From Nitrospinales bacterium (lineage in GTDB: Bacteria; Nitrospinota; Nitrospinia; Nitrospinales; VA-1): 64,000 nt of DNA. The position numbers and the translations under genes are program-made. The DNA is taken from assembly GCA_965223795.1 (NCBI GenBank), contig CBDCXL010000002.1, positions 192,001 through 256,000 of the forward strand. Reading direction: 5' to 3'. This document shows, in pieces, positions 20,089 to 29,490 of the stretch (the first letter of the stretch is position 1; each line of letters opens with the position of its first letter). Below the pieces are notes generated by a model. That model had not been told where the DNA came from and did not search any database. It saw nothing but the letters and a program-made list of their open reading frames with translations.

Positions 20089-21870
20089 TCAGGCGGGGGC
20101 CAGGGCGTTGAGGCGTTCTCGGATGTTGTCTTTCTGGTGATGGCCTAAATACAGCAGGCCGTCGGAAAGAGAATAGTTATCCGGGAACGTCATCACTTCC
20201 CGTCCCAGCTTCTCGATCACTTCCTGATACAGCTCGGTGGCCTCTGCGGCGGTCATGCCCACTTTGCCCTCATAGGAATATCCGAGGCTGAGGTCGTGTT
20301 CGGGCGGGCTGTAGATGCGGGTGATCTGCCACTCGGCAGGATTCTTCTCCATGGGCGTGCCTTTTTCCAGGTCGAACACCGACGCAATGCAGGAGAAGCC
20401 GGGCGAGTCGAGCACACGCTGGTTGTTGAGCACGAAGTTCACCGAATCCATCGCTTCCTCGCGGGTTTCGGTCGGGAAGCCGACGATCAGGTAGAAGTGC
20501 ATGGCGATGCCGATGCGCAGACACTGCTCGACCGTTTCGTCGATCACTTCCAGGTCCACGCCCTTGTACATGGCGTCGAGCACGCGCTGGTTGTAGGACT
20601 CCAGACCGAAGATCAGCTTCCTGCAGCCGGACCGGTACAACAGCTCCATGCGGTTTTCCTTCAGCAGGCTCTTCTCAAATTTCAATTCTCCGGTCCACTG
20701 CACGTCGACGTTCTGCTCCACCAGTTTCCGGGCGAAGGTCTTGAGGAAATTGATCGGCAGCGCTTCGTCTGTGAAAAAGAAATAATTGCAGTTGTATTTC
20801 TCCTTCAGGTTCTTGAAGTCGTTGACCACGTTTTCCGCGTAGCGGACGTGAAAGTCCATGTGGTCGAAGGGAATCGAGCAGAAGGCGCAGCGTTCCCAGT
20901 AGCAGCCGCGCGAGCCCATGACGGGCAGCACCCGTTCGGGTGAAAAATAAAGGTCCAGCGGGAAGCCGTCGAAGTCCGGCGTCGGCAGCGCGTTGAGCTC
21001 CTCCTTGGCGAAGGGACGGTTGACCTGCACCTTGTCGCCGGGCTTGTAGACCAGGTTGGGCACCCTGGAAAGATCGCCCTCACCGCGCAACTGCTCCACG
21101 AGCCTGAGCAGAGGCGTTTCGCCCTCGTGCACGATGAAGCTGTCGACGTAATCGAACAGCGGCGACCCGTCTTTCTCCAGCCGGTCCACCAGTTTGGTGA
21201 ACACGCTGCCGCCCACGGTGATGTGAATTTCCGGCCGTTCCTTTTTGACCAGGTGCGCCAGCGTCAAGCCCGGAATGATCTGTTCGACCGAAGTGATGGA
21301 AATGCCCAGGATGTCGATGTCCTCTTTCAGGATCGAGGGCAGATACCACTTCTTGTACAGATCGTAAAAATAGTTTTCTTCCGGGTGCTGGAACGATTCA
21401 AGGATTTCCTTTGAGGAATACGGGGTGAAGCGCAGCTGGCTGCCGATGACGGTGAGCTGCGAAGGATAGTACGGCGCCAGGATGTTGTCGAGCCACACGT
21501 CGATGATCTTGAGGCTTTCCATGTAGCGGTCGAGATCGTAAAAATCCTCGCAGCGCAGCGACCGCGTGGCGCCGTCGATCTGGTCCTTCAACGCGGGGAT
21601 GATCTCCTCCGCTTCCCGCAGTTTGGCGAACTTTTCCTTCTCGAACTGGCTGTGCACGGTTTTCGCGTTCAGCGCGTTCAACTCCTCGACGATTTTCTCG
21701 TACAGGGGCTTTGTCTTTTCCCAGGTGCACAGATCGCTGAGAAGCTCGATGGCGAGATCCCGCTGCACGACATCGTGGATGCCGTTCTGCGCGAGGAACG
21801 CCTTGAGGCTGGGCAGGCTGAGATAAGGCTGAGAAGGATGCCAGGAAGATGGGAAAACCAGATATATCAT
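20089..21870 (-). CDS. B12-binding domain radical SAM protein
   Basis: SRGCYWERCAFC (CX3CX2C), N-terminal cobalamin-binding-like region, IVGFPTET. Confidence 0.88.
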   Translation of the reverse strand: MIYLVFPSSWHPSQPYLSLPSLKAFLAQNGIHDVVQRDLAIELLSDLCTWEKTKPLYEKIVEELNALNAKTVHSQFEKEKFAKLREAEEIIPALKDQIDGATRSLRCEDFYDLDRYMESLKIIDVWLDNILAPYYPSQLTVIGSQLRFTPYSSKEILESFQHPEENYFYDLYKKWYLPSILKEDIDILGISITSVEQIIPGLTLAHLVKKERPEIHITVGGSVFTKLVDRLEKDGSPLFDYVDSFIVHEGETPLLRLVEQLRGEGDLSRVPNLVYKPGDKVQVNRPFAKEELNALPTPDFDGFPLDLYFSPERVLPVMGSRGCYWERCAFCSIPFDHMDFHVRYAENVVNDFKNLKEKYNCNYFFFTDEALPINFLKTFARKLVEQNVDVQWTGELKFEKSLLKENRMELLYRSGCRKLIFGLESYNQRVLDAMYKGVDLEVIDETVEQCLRIGIAMHFYLIVGFPTETREEAMDSVNFVLNNQRVLDSPGFSCIASVFDLEKGTPMEKNPAEWQITRIYSPPEHDLSLGYSYEGKVGMTAAEATELYQEVIEKLGREVMTFPDNYSLSDGLLYLGHHQKDNIRERLNALAPA

Positions 21871-21897
21871 TGCACCGGTCCGAAGTTTATGGATGCG

Positions 21898-22215
21898 TTA
21901 CGGCTTGGGCGCCATGAAGACCAGCATCACCAGTTTTTCATTCGTGTGGTTGACCACGCCGTGATCCTGCCCGGTCGGGGCGATGGTGATCTCGTCCGCG
22001 GAAAGCTCGCGCTCCTCATCGCCGACAGTCACCTTGCCCTTCCCTTCCAGAACGTAATAAATCTTGTCCGAATCCGCATGGGAGTGGACTTTCTGGGTCT
22101 GGCCGGGCTCAAAACAATATACATCACAAAAGAAATTATCCGTATCGAATAGCGAGACCTTTTTCAGTTTTTCGGGATTGAAGGCCACCGCGTCGCGAAC
22201 TTTGACGACTTTCAT
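21898..22215 (-). CDS. Cupin domain protein
   Basis: HSHADSDKIYYVLEG ... HGVVN. Confidence 0.85.
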   Translation of the reverse strand: MKVVKVRDAVAFNPEKLKKVSLFDTDNFFCDVYCFEPGQTQKVHSHADSDKIYYVLEGKGKVTVGDEERELSADEITIAPTGQDHGVVNHTNEKLVMLVFMAPKP

Positions 22216-22429
22216 AATTTTAGCGCATTCCTGAATGGATAAACGGGGAAAACAACACCCTTTCCGGGGCCGGCTCTGCGATCGGCATACGGCCTCGAAC
22301 GGAGCCCGCTCGAATCCGCGGGAAGCCGCCGGAAAGCATTTTTAAAACATAAGTTTAGCCAATTCTAGCACAGATGCCCGGCCGGTCCAGCAAAAACCGC
22401 TTCGGCGTTCCGGAAAGGGCGCTGCGCTA

Positions 22430-22458
22430 TTGACTTCCCTCATCAGATCCACTATTTT
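22430..22458 (+). promoter_or_regulatory. Putative sigma70 promoter for tRNA-Pro
   Basis: TTGACT-N17-TATTTT. Confidence 0.5.
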
Positions 22459-22575
22459 TTAAACGGTCCTTCAAACGCCTGCGGCCTTCCAAAACACGGA
22501 CCGCACCTTTTGAAACAGGTTGCGATGGAGTTTTTAGGGCCGCAAACGGCGGCAAAACCAGGGTCATACCGAAAA

Positions 22576-22653
22576 CGGGACGTGGCGCAGTCTGGTTAGC
22601 GTACTTGACTGGGGGTCAAGTGGTCGGAGGTTCAAATCCTCTCGTCCCGACCA
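22576..22653 (+). tRNA. tRNA-Pro(GGG), the prophage integration target
   Basis: CGGGACG acceptor stem, anticodon arm CTTGA-CTGGGGG-TCAAG, T-loop GGTTCAAATCC, encoded CCA. Confidence 0.97.
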
Positions 22654-22659
22654 TATAAA
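22609..22659 (+). repeat. attL core (3' part of tRNA-Pro)
   Basis: CTGGGGGTCAAG...CCCGACCATATAAA is identical to 62387-62437; similarity continues ~10 bp past a 1-nt indel. Confidence 0.95.
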
Positions 22660-22691
22660 CAAGGGGTTGGCAGTCTTCATTCTCACTCACA

Positions 22692-23750
22692 TCATCCCGA
22701 TGAAGCCGTTTTGAAGCCAAACGGCTTGAGTTTTGAGATTGTTTTCCTCTTGGCTGTTGTGTCCAGGTGAGCGTAGCGCCGGGTGCTTGAAAGATCCTTG
22801 TGCCCGGCCAGCTCCGCTACCCTCTCCAACTGCTCGCCTTGCTGGAACAGCTTGCTGCAGAAATCGTGTCTCAAATCGTGGACACGGAAATCATGAATAC
22901 CGCAGCGAACCATTTCCCGCTTGAAAGCCTGGCTGAACGTCTGCGGTTTCAACGGCCTCCCATCCAATTGAAACACTTCATCATACGCTTGATTTCTTTG
23001 GGGTGAAAACGCCAATTTCAAGAGTTCCCTAAACACCCCATTCGTCATGGGTTGCAGAACAGGTTCCCCGTTTTTGGTGCGCCCGACCTCGATCACCCTT
23101 TCCCTGAAATCCAGTTTCGAGACTTTCAGTCCACAAAGATTCGACCGCCTCAACCCGGTTTCCTTGGCAATCAGAACAACCGGAAACAACCATGTGTGGG
23201 CTTTCAAAACCGGGTAAATCTTTTGCTCTTCCTCCGGCTTCAAATACCGAACCCGCTTCCGGTCGCCTTCCGGCAAATCCACCTTGTCGAACGGGGTTTT
23301 GTCCACCAGATCCCAACGCTTGAGAGCCAGCTTGAACGCATGCTTGAGCAGTTTCAGCTCGTGGTGAATGGTCACGTCTGATACAGATCTGCCCGTCTTT
23401 GACCCATTCCGCCTGTCGCTGATATAGTTCTCGATGGTGAGAGGCGTGAGCTGTTCAAGCAGAAGATCCCCGAGCCGTCGGTTCAACTGCAGAATGAAAA
23501 AACCTTCGATATGAACCGTCTCCGGTTTTTTCTTCTGCTTGCTGTATTTCTCAACGTAGAGATCCAGCAATCCTCTAACCGTAAGGAATTCTCCCTGTCG
23601 TCTGTCAAAGAACCTGCCATCCTCGATGAGCTTGAGGATTTCCCGTTCTCTTGCTCGCGCCTCGGATCGCTTCTTGCCAAGGCGACGGCAAATCGGCTTT
23701 TGTCCGGGAATTCGAAATTTTCCATACCAGGTGCCTCCGCGTTTATACAT
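22692..23750 (-). CDS. int: Tyrosine recombinase (phage integrase)
   Basis: TGLRRSNL (R), TKNG (K), HDLRH, AGH, RRYAH (Y); adjacent to attL. Confidence 0.95.
   Translation of the reverse strand: MYKRGGTWYGKFRIPGQKPICRRLGKKRSEARAREREILKLIEDGRFFDRRQGEFLTVRGLLDLYVEKYSKQKKKPETVHIEGFFILQLNRRLGDLLLEQLTPLTIENYISDRRNGSKTGRSVSDVTIHHELKLLKHAFKLALKRWDLVDKTPFDKVDLPEGDRKRVRYLKPEEEQKIYPVLKAHTWLFPVVLIAKETGLRRSNLCGLKVSKLDFRERVIEVGRTKNGEPVLQPMTNGVFRELLKLAFSPQRNQAYDEVFQLDGRPLKPQTFSQAFKREMVRCGIHDFRVHDLRHDFCSKLFQQGEQLERVAELAGHKDLSSTRRYAHLDTTAKRKTISKLKPFGFKTASSG
22701..22718 (+). promoter_or_regulatory. Putative integrase arm-type sites (TGAAGCC x2, 11-bp period)
   Basis: The same tandem pair occurs near attR at 62225-62242. 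Confidence 0.65.
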
Positions 23751-24030
23751 GCTCCCTCCTTTTTTCGGAGGTCACCCGGCCGCTATCTCGGCCGGAATTA
23801 TTGCGGAAACCCATCGAAGATCCAATCATTTTTCTTGCCTCAGACTCATAGTCCGTTGCCTCGATTCTTTTTGATTCAATAAATTCAATCATTTCTTCCA
23901 ACTTAAAAAGCAAACGGCCATACACCTTGTAATGCGGGATTTTCTTTTCGTGCACCCAATTGTAAAGCGTGCTCTTTTTGATCCCCGTGCACTCGGAAAG
24001 CGTCTTGATGTTGCAATATTGCTGAGTCAT
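23743..24030 (-). CDS. xis: Excisionase-like HTH protein
   Basis: GIKKSTLYNWV...IPHYKVYGRLLF; overlaps the int start. Confidence 0.8.
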   Translation of the reverse strand: MTQQYCNIKTLSECTGIKKSTLYNWVHEKKIPHYKVYGRLLFKLEEMIEFIESKRIEATDYESEARKMIGSSMGFRNNSGRDSGRVTSEKRREHV

Positions 24031-24236
24031 TCCAAAATCTCCAAAACCTGCCCGATGAGTTCCGCCTGTTCCTGTGAGATCCGCAGGCAATGAAGGATCA
24101 CGCGCTTGGGATCCAGCACCTCGTCGCACAGCTCGCAGACGACGGTTTTGGATTCGTGGCAGATGTCGAGGCCCTGGTCGTGCAGGCAATCGATCGTTTC
24201 CACTGGAAACAAATCAATGATATTATCGGTGCTCAA
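24027..24236 (-). CDS. Small hypothetical phage protein (TTG start)
   Basis: TTGA and ATGA overlaps with both neighbours; CELC motif. Confidence 0.5.
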   Translation of the reverse strand: MSTDNIIDLFPVETIDCLHDQGLDICHESKTVVCELCDEVLDPKRVILHCLRISQEQAELIGQVLEILE

Positions 24237-24877
24237 GGTTGATACCTCGGAAATGAAATCGGCCAGACCCAGGGGTTGTGAGTCCAAATTTCCGGGCCGT
24301 GAATTGAGCAAAATGTTTCCTTAAACCAATCTACATAAGACATTTCACCTCTCTTATGATAAACAGGAAGCCCGGAGAATTCCGGCGCACCTTCTGCCCT
24401 CGCATCTGAAGGAGTAATATCCTGCAACCGCTCCAAGCGTAGATCGGTGATCGGGACAACGTGACGAGAAGAAGCCCGGTGCATGTGTATCGAAGAATAC
24501 CATTTAATATTCGTAGCAACTCTTTGCGGATCTTCGTCTGCCCAATATCTTATGAGCGGCCATGGTTTTGAATCGTCTTTGAAATCTGAGTATTCGCCGC
24601 TCTCAATGCTCCACTTTTCCTTGAACCAAAGGAGATCGCCAACTCGCCCCCAGGGGGACTTGATATCGATTGTGTGGCAGGGATCATCCTTCCTCATGAA
24701 GCGAGCCAATCCATCAATCAATCCGTCGGCTATAAAGGACCAGGCGTCCGGATTTTCATTGATCTTTTTCAGTCCACGCATTCGGCGCGTCTGGGTTTTC
24801 AGACCCGCCATGTACGATTGAATCATGGGTGTGGACATCAAAAGTCCGGTTTCTTTGGATTTGGTTTGGGTCGTCAC
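24233..24877 (-). CDS. ASCH/PUA-like phage protein
   Basis: GLKTQTRR, GDLLWFKE, SIHM, ERLQDIT, NPWVW pattern. Confidence 0.7.
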   Translation of the reverse strand: MTTQTKSKETGLLMSTPMIQSYMAGLKTQTRRMRGLKKINENPDAWSFIADGLIDGLARFMRKDDPCHTIDIKSPWGRVGDLLWFKEKWSIESGEYSDFKDDSKPWPLIRYWADEDPQRVATNIKWYSSIHMHRASSRHVVPITDLRLERLQDITPSDARAEGAPEFSGLPVYHKRGEMSYVDWFKETFCSIHGPEIWTHNPWVWPISFPRYQP

Positions 24878-25137
24878 TTACCCTCCTGGACGAATTTTTG
24901 GCAGGCGCTCATCTTGGTGTTTTCCGCTTTTTCCGCGAGACGGTTCCACAAATAAACCTGGTCCTCTCCCTCTTCCTGGATGTAGAACCCCATCCCTGGC
25001 GCGATCCGGATGCCCATGCAAACCCAAAGGTATTTCTTCCCGTTTTTGTGGTAGTGGTTCATCCCCACAATCGACCAGTGCTTGAGCTCTCCGATCTCCC
25101 AGGGCGGTTTGAATTCTGATTGAATCATCGCGCACAA
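24874..25137 (-). CDS. Hypothetical phage protein
   Basis: Coupled ORF in the early operon. Confidence 0.55.
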   Translation of the reverse strand: MCAMIQSEFKPPWEIGELKHWSIVGMNHYHKNGKKYLWVCMGIRIAPGMGFYIQEEGEDQVYLWNRLAEKAENTKMSACQKFVQEGK

Positions 25138-25721
25138 ATCCTCGCTGTTTCCATGGCTTTGTTCAGCTCGGCCATCTTTTCGTTGAAACCGCCTTCTTTA
25201 TCCGGATGGAATATTTTCGCCAGGCCTTTGTAATGGCGTTCCGCTGTTTCCAGTGTGGAATCCGGCGTGCACCCCAGGACTTCATGCCATTCCTTTTCCT
25301 GTACCTGAACTTCCCCGCCAGGCAACGCTTTAAATCCGGTGAAAGCGGCCTCAACCATTTCCTTGGCTCCCCAACGGTCCAGACCGCGCAGCGCACCGAT
25401 TGTCAAGGCAATCGCGTGCATGTTGTGCTCGATCCGGGCCCACCGGTCACAGGGGATGCACTGGGGTTTGTCCTTCAACCTGAAATGAACGGCCACGCCC
25501 TGGTCATCGGGCTGCCTTTGGTTTGAAAGCGGAAGCCCGTCATATTTACGCAATTTCAGATTGGTTGATATGATCACGTTCCAGTCCGGAACGCCCATCA
25601 ATTTCAATTCGTGAAGAATTTCCCTGGTTGCCTTGCCGATGGAGATTTTTCCAAACCGCGCCCTTTTGGGGAATTTCGTTCGCGGCCATCCGGTGGGCCA
25701 ATTCAATGGGTATGCTTGCAT
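25125..25721 (-). CDS. Phage J-domain protein
   Basis: AYPLNWPTGWPRT N-terminus; C-terminal J domain WHEVLG...FHPDK. Confidence 0.85.
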   Translation of the reverse strand: MQAYPLNWPTGWPRTKFPKRARFGKISIGKATREILHELKLMGVPDWNVIISTNLKLRKYDGLPLSNQRQPDDQGVAVHFRLKDKPQCIPCDRWARIEHNMHAIALTIGALRGLDRWGAKEMVEAAFTGFKALPGGEVQVQEKEWHEVLGCTPDSTLETAERHYKGLAKIFHPDKEGGFNEKMAELNKAMETARICAR

Positions 25722-25904
25722 GATTTTCCTTTTTGGGAACCCCCGCCCCCGGCGTTCATGATCCGCACTTGCGTTTCCTCAAACCATAACCATTTTTTTT
25801 GAGACACTGATCACGTCACCGTCATAAAACCACCCCCTCGGTTGAATGTTCGTCATTGCCGGGGGCGGGGGAAATTCGGAATTCTCCCTTAGCAGGAAGG
25901 AGAA

Positions 25905-26390
25905 TTACTTTTTGTTTTTGACCTTTCCGCCGTTCTTGCCTTTGCCGTTTTCCTTCTTGGCGGCCTCTTCTTCCTCTGCGCGCTGCTCGTTCTCGCGGTC
26001 CTTCTCTTCCTGCAACTTCATCTGCCGTTCGTGCTCCTGGATGGGCAGAATCTCAATCGGTTCTTCGGTGTCCATGCGCACCAGTTCCTTTTCGCTCTTG
26101 TCCCAGTAGAAACGCCATTCGCACAGGATCATGCGTTCCTGCTTGGCGTCCCGGATGACGGTGTAGGCTTCGGATATCTTTGCGCGCAGCTTTTCGATCT
26201 TGCCGTCGTAATCCTTTTTGTCCGCCTTGAATTTCTGCTGCAGCAGCTCGATTTCGCGTTGGTCCCGAATGACCTGGCGCATCAACTTCAACTGCTCTTT
26301 CTCGTCCAGATCTACATAAATCGGGTGCTCTTCCTGATACCGCGTCACCTGCTCTTTCGGATTCTGCTTCATGTTCACAACTTTGCTCAT
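25905..26390 (-). CDS. Coiled-coil hypothetical phage protein
   Basis: Long, charged helical ORF in the operon. Confidence 0.65.
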   Translation of the reverse strand: MSKVVNMKQNPKEQVTRYQEEHPIYVDLDEKEQLKLMRQVIRDQREIELLQQKFKADKKDYDGKIEKLRAKISEAYTVIRDAKQERMILCEWRFYWDKSEKELVRMDTEEPIEILPIQEHERQMKLQEEKDRENEQRAEEEEAAKKENGKGKNGGKVKNKK

Positions 26391-26415
26391 GGGATTTGGG
26401 GGTCCTTTCGTTTTT

Positions 26416-27123
26416 TCAGCGTGACGATTTCACCGGGATCTGCTCGCACTCGAACACCACACCGGCAATTTTGACTTTCCCCTTGGTGGACTGGGCGATC
26501 CCGTCCAGGGCCTTCTGGTTCGGCAGCTTGTAATCGTCCGTCAGCTTGGCGAAGTCCACCACCCTGGCGGACCACTTTTCCCGGAATGAGGTCTTGGTTT
26601 TGGGAATGGAGGTCTGCGGCTGCGGCAGGACCAGGGTCTTGGCGCTGGGCGGCGGGGCGTTCACCACTGCGTCCGCCTCTTCCTTTTTGCCCTGCGCTTC
26701 GAGTTCCGAGGCCTCCGCCAGCCGCCGCTCGTCCTCGGCCTTCCGCGCCTGTGCCTGCCGCTCGGCTTCCTCTTTCGCCAGGCGCGCCTCTTCCTCTCTG
26801 CGCTCCTGCTCTTTCTTCTGCCGGTACTTCGCCATTTCGGTTCCGATCATCCGGCAGCCCTGGTCAATCGGATCGATCATCTTCTTGCAATCCGCGGTCA
26901 GGGCCTTGTGCGCATCGTGCGCGCGCTTGACGTGCGGGTCCATGAATTCCTTGATCGCCTTGATCTCCCTGGCGCCTTTCGAATTCAGCTCGTCGGCGCG
27001 CTGGAAATCCGCGTCCGTCTCGATCCTGAGACCGCGCGCCAGCTCCAGAAACTTGTTGCCGCGCTCGGTCAATTCCTGTTTCTGTTCCCGCTCACTGAGC
27101 GGGGCGGTTGCCGTGTCGTTCAT
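26416..27123 (-). CDS. Coiled-coil protein of the recombination module
   Basis: Extended helix and IAGVVF-type C-terminus; coupled to the nuclease gene. Confidence 0.65.
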   Translation of the reverse strand: MNDTATAPLSEREQKQELTERGNKFLELARGLRIETDADFQRADELNSKGAREIKAIKEFMDPHVKRAHDAHKALTADCKKMIDPIDQGCRMIGTEMAKYRQKKEQERREEEARLAKEEAERQAQARKAEDERRLAEASELEAQGKKEEADAVVNAPPPSAKTLVLPQPQTSIPKTKTSFREKWSARVVDFAKLTDDYKLPNQKALDGIAQSTKGKVKIAGVVFECEQIPVKSSR

Positions 27124-27707
27124 CGATTCCCCCTTTTGCGTTTTGCGTGGAATAAGAGAGTCGCTGCTTTAAAAATTTCAAAATCACCGGGATCGTTGTA
27201 CTCGATCACCTTGGGCAGCTTGCCGTTCTTGTTCAGATACACCCCCAGGCGAAGTGTTGAATGATGCAGGCCCCTGGCCATGGAATAACCCGCGATTTGA
27301 AACTGATATCCGTATTCTGGCGGACCGCACTTTAAATCCGGCAAAGCCTCTCTGCGCTGGCCGTCCCAATCGATATCGCCCAACTTATCCGCCGTGCCCG
27401 CATACCAGTAAATCGGATCGTGCACGCGCATTTCCGATTCCTTCACATCGAACAAATAGACGTTTTTGAATTCCAGATACGATTTCAGGTATCCGTGAAT
27501 TTCATCATCAATGCTGTCCGGGTCCAGAGTGCCGTTGTCATAGTAATGCGTTGCAAGATGAACCAGGCTCCCGCGCTCCGCATACCAGGGATCGGTCATT
27601 GAAAAATCCGGATACAATCCAACGTCTGTCAAAATCTCCGTGACGCTGGGGATGATCTTCCCATCCAGCCGGTAGGTGTGTGTCTCTTCCTCGAACTCAA
27701 GCGGCAT
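27120..27707 (-). CDS. PD-(D/E)XK (Cas4-like) exonuclease
   Basis: HTYRLDG.IIPSVTEIL, GSLVH, YAGTAD, DLK, QIAGY. Confidence 0.8.
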   Translation of the reverse strand: MPLEFEEETHTYRLDGKIIPSVTEILTDVGLYPDFSMTDPWYAERGSLVHLATHYYDNGTLDPDSIDDEIHGYLKSYLEFKNVYLFDVKESEMRVHDPIYWYAGTADKLGDIDWDGQRREALPDLKCGPPEYGYQFQIAGYSMARGLHHSTLRLGVYLNKNGKLPKVIEYNDPGDFEIFKAATLLFHAKRKRGNR

Positions 27708-28611
27708 TGATCTTTTCCTGGCCTTTGGATTCGATTTTCTTTTTCACCGGAATGAAATGCTCTTCCTGGATGTCCTCAATGGCGCTGTACCCGAACCCTT
27801 TGAGAATTTCCAAAACCTCGATTTCTGTTATCTGAAAATCGGCGATGATGTTGCGGAGTTTGTCCATGTGGCCGTCGGGTATCGTGCCGGCCGCTTTCTG
27901 CTGAGGTTTTTTCGTCTGAGTGTTCTTTTCGGTGTGCTTTTTCTCCTGGGGTTTTTTCATTTCCGGCCGATCGCGTTCTTTATCCCGCTCGTCGCCGAAA
28001 TCGCCCTCTTGCGTGAAGATATCCGAAGCCCCGGTAACGCGACGCATCACGGCGACGAATCCGCGTTTCTGTGCCATGAACAGGATGGTGTTTCTCAAAT
28101 CCTCGGGATCGCGCAGGACTTGCTTGACCTTGAACGGCTGCCCCGGCTTGCCGTTTTTCCATTTGCCCTTAAACCACTTTTCCCTGCGCCGGGTTTCCGT
28201 GGTCTCTTCCCATTCCTGATCGCAAACCGCCTTGCGCCATTTGTACTTTTCCTCGAAGGAAGAGCACTCCGCATAGGAAGATCCCAGCTCCGCGCCCTGG
28301 CTGCTCTCCGCGAGCATGCAGACCCGGAAACGGATTTCATCACCAGCAGACAGGTCCTCGATCTCGAACGGTTTCACAAAAACGCCGAACAGCACACCGA
28401 GTTTTTCCGCACCCGGTTGCCACAGCGACGGCTTGTCGCAACCGGGGATCTCGCCATAGTCCACGTCTTTTTTCATTTTCTCTTTCATCAAAGCGGATAT
28501 CAGATTCAACCTTTCCGAAAGAACGTCCATCGCGTTTTTTTCCGGAACTGAGATCAAGGCTCCGATTTGGGTTTCTCCGAGTTTCAATGTGGTCGATTCA
28601 TTCATCGTCAT
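27697..28611 (-). CDS. Putative single-strand annealing/recombination protein
   Basis: DYGEIPG..KPSLWQPGAEKL, NTILFMAQKR, SDIFTQ; next to the exonuclease. Confidence 0.55.
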   Translation of the reverse strand: MTMNESTTLKLGETQIGALISVPEKNAMDVLSERLNLISALMKEKMKKDVDYGEIPGCDKPSLWQPGAEKLGVLFGVFVKPFEIEDLSAGDEIRFRVCMLAESSQGAELGSSYAECSSFEEKYKWRKAVCDQEWEETTETRRREKWFKGKWKNGKPGQPFKVKQVLRDPEDLRNTILFMAQKRGFVAVMRRVTGASDIFTQEGDFGDERDKERDRPEMKKPQEKKHTEKNTQTKKPQQKAAGTIPDGHMDKLRNIIADFQITEIEVLEILKGFGYSAIEDIQEEHFIPVKKKIESKGQEKINAA

Positions 28612-28952
28612 TCTCCTTGTGGATCGTCCATGTGACCGGTGACGGGAACCGGCTTTCTGTTCGTTTTGGTTTCCAGAATCTGCTCATAACCCTTTTCAGG
28701 AATTTCCCCCTGGCACTCCTGGTCATTGAAAACCGACCAGTCGCCATAAAAAATGCCATCGTAAAAAATCATGTCATCGTGGATGGGTAGATCGATTCCG
28801 TCATCGCCACCAACCGGACAAGCGCGGATGTGATTCTTGTATGTGGTATGAACCCATTTCAAGGGACCGAGAACCGGACCGCTGGTCCCCCAGTCACTCA
28901 TTTCCTGGTCCGGGTCTTTGCGGCCATGAAATAAATGAAGAAACATTGCCAT
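28608..28952 (-). CDS. Hypothetical phage protein
   Basis: LHLFHGR..PD.EM.DWG..GP pattern; ATGA-coupled. Confidence 0.6.
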   Translation of the reverse strand: MAMFLHLFHGRKDPDQEMSDWGTSGPVLGPLKWVHTTYKNHIRACPVGGDDGIDLPIHDDMIFYDGIFYGDWSVFNDQECQGEIPEKGYEQILETKTNRKPVPVTGHMDDPQGE

Positions 28953-29106
28953 TGATATTCCCCAAAGGGAGGGCGGTCCCCAGCGGCGGGCATGTTACCG
29001 CTGGGGACCTGGGAGGCTCGGGCTGGAGCTCATCAAGCCCGTGCGGGATTCGGCTCAATAAACCAATCGGAGGGACTCGTTCGAATCCCCCCTGTTGGGT
29101 CATCGA

Positions 29107-29490
29107 TCAAAATTGAATTCCCATTTCACGCATTCTGGCTTCGTGAGCCAGTTCGCGCCGATACTCCGCGGCCTGCTGTTCTGCCCTTTTCACGCACTTT
29201 TCCAAACCTGGGTCCATGCGTGAATAATCGGGAACTTTTACGACTCGTTGCCCTTTGCATTCATAGCAGGCAACGTCATACACGCCTGAAAGGTAGTCCT
29301 CCATAAAATCGGGGTCCTCGTGAAAATCCTCTGCGGGAATTCCGTTCCCGTCGATGCTCGGATTTGTGTGCTTTCCCCTGCCTTCGCATCGGTCGCAGAC
29401 TTCAAACTTAGCGGGAACTTCCGTCTCTTCGTCTGTTTCTGGATCGAGCATCATTTTCATAGTTTCCATTTCCCTGCCCTCCCGATTCAT
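29107..29490 (-). CDS. Zn-finger (CxxCxGxG) phage protein, first gene of the leftward operon (start may be ~20-30 nt downstream)
   Basis: CDRCEGRG ... CYECKG. Confidence 0.7.
   Translation of the reverse strand: MNREGREMETMKMMLDPETDEETEVPAKFEVCDRCEGRGKHTNPSIDGNGIPAEDFHEDPDFMEDYLSGVYDVACYECKGQRVVKVPDYSRMDPGLEKCVKRAEQQAAEYRRELAHEARMREMGIQF

Noticed and set aside
25740..25871. Retron msr-msd
   Set aside because: The flanking inverted repeat fits superficially, but there is no RT in the window and no long msd hairpin.
29012..29045. Hammerhead ribozyme (TGATGA-GCTC...GAGC on the minus strand)
   Set aside because: It lacks the initial C of CUGAUGA and the GAAA after stem II.
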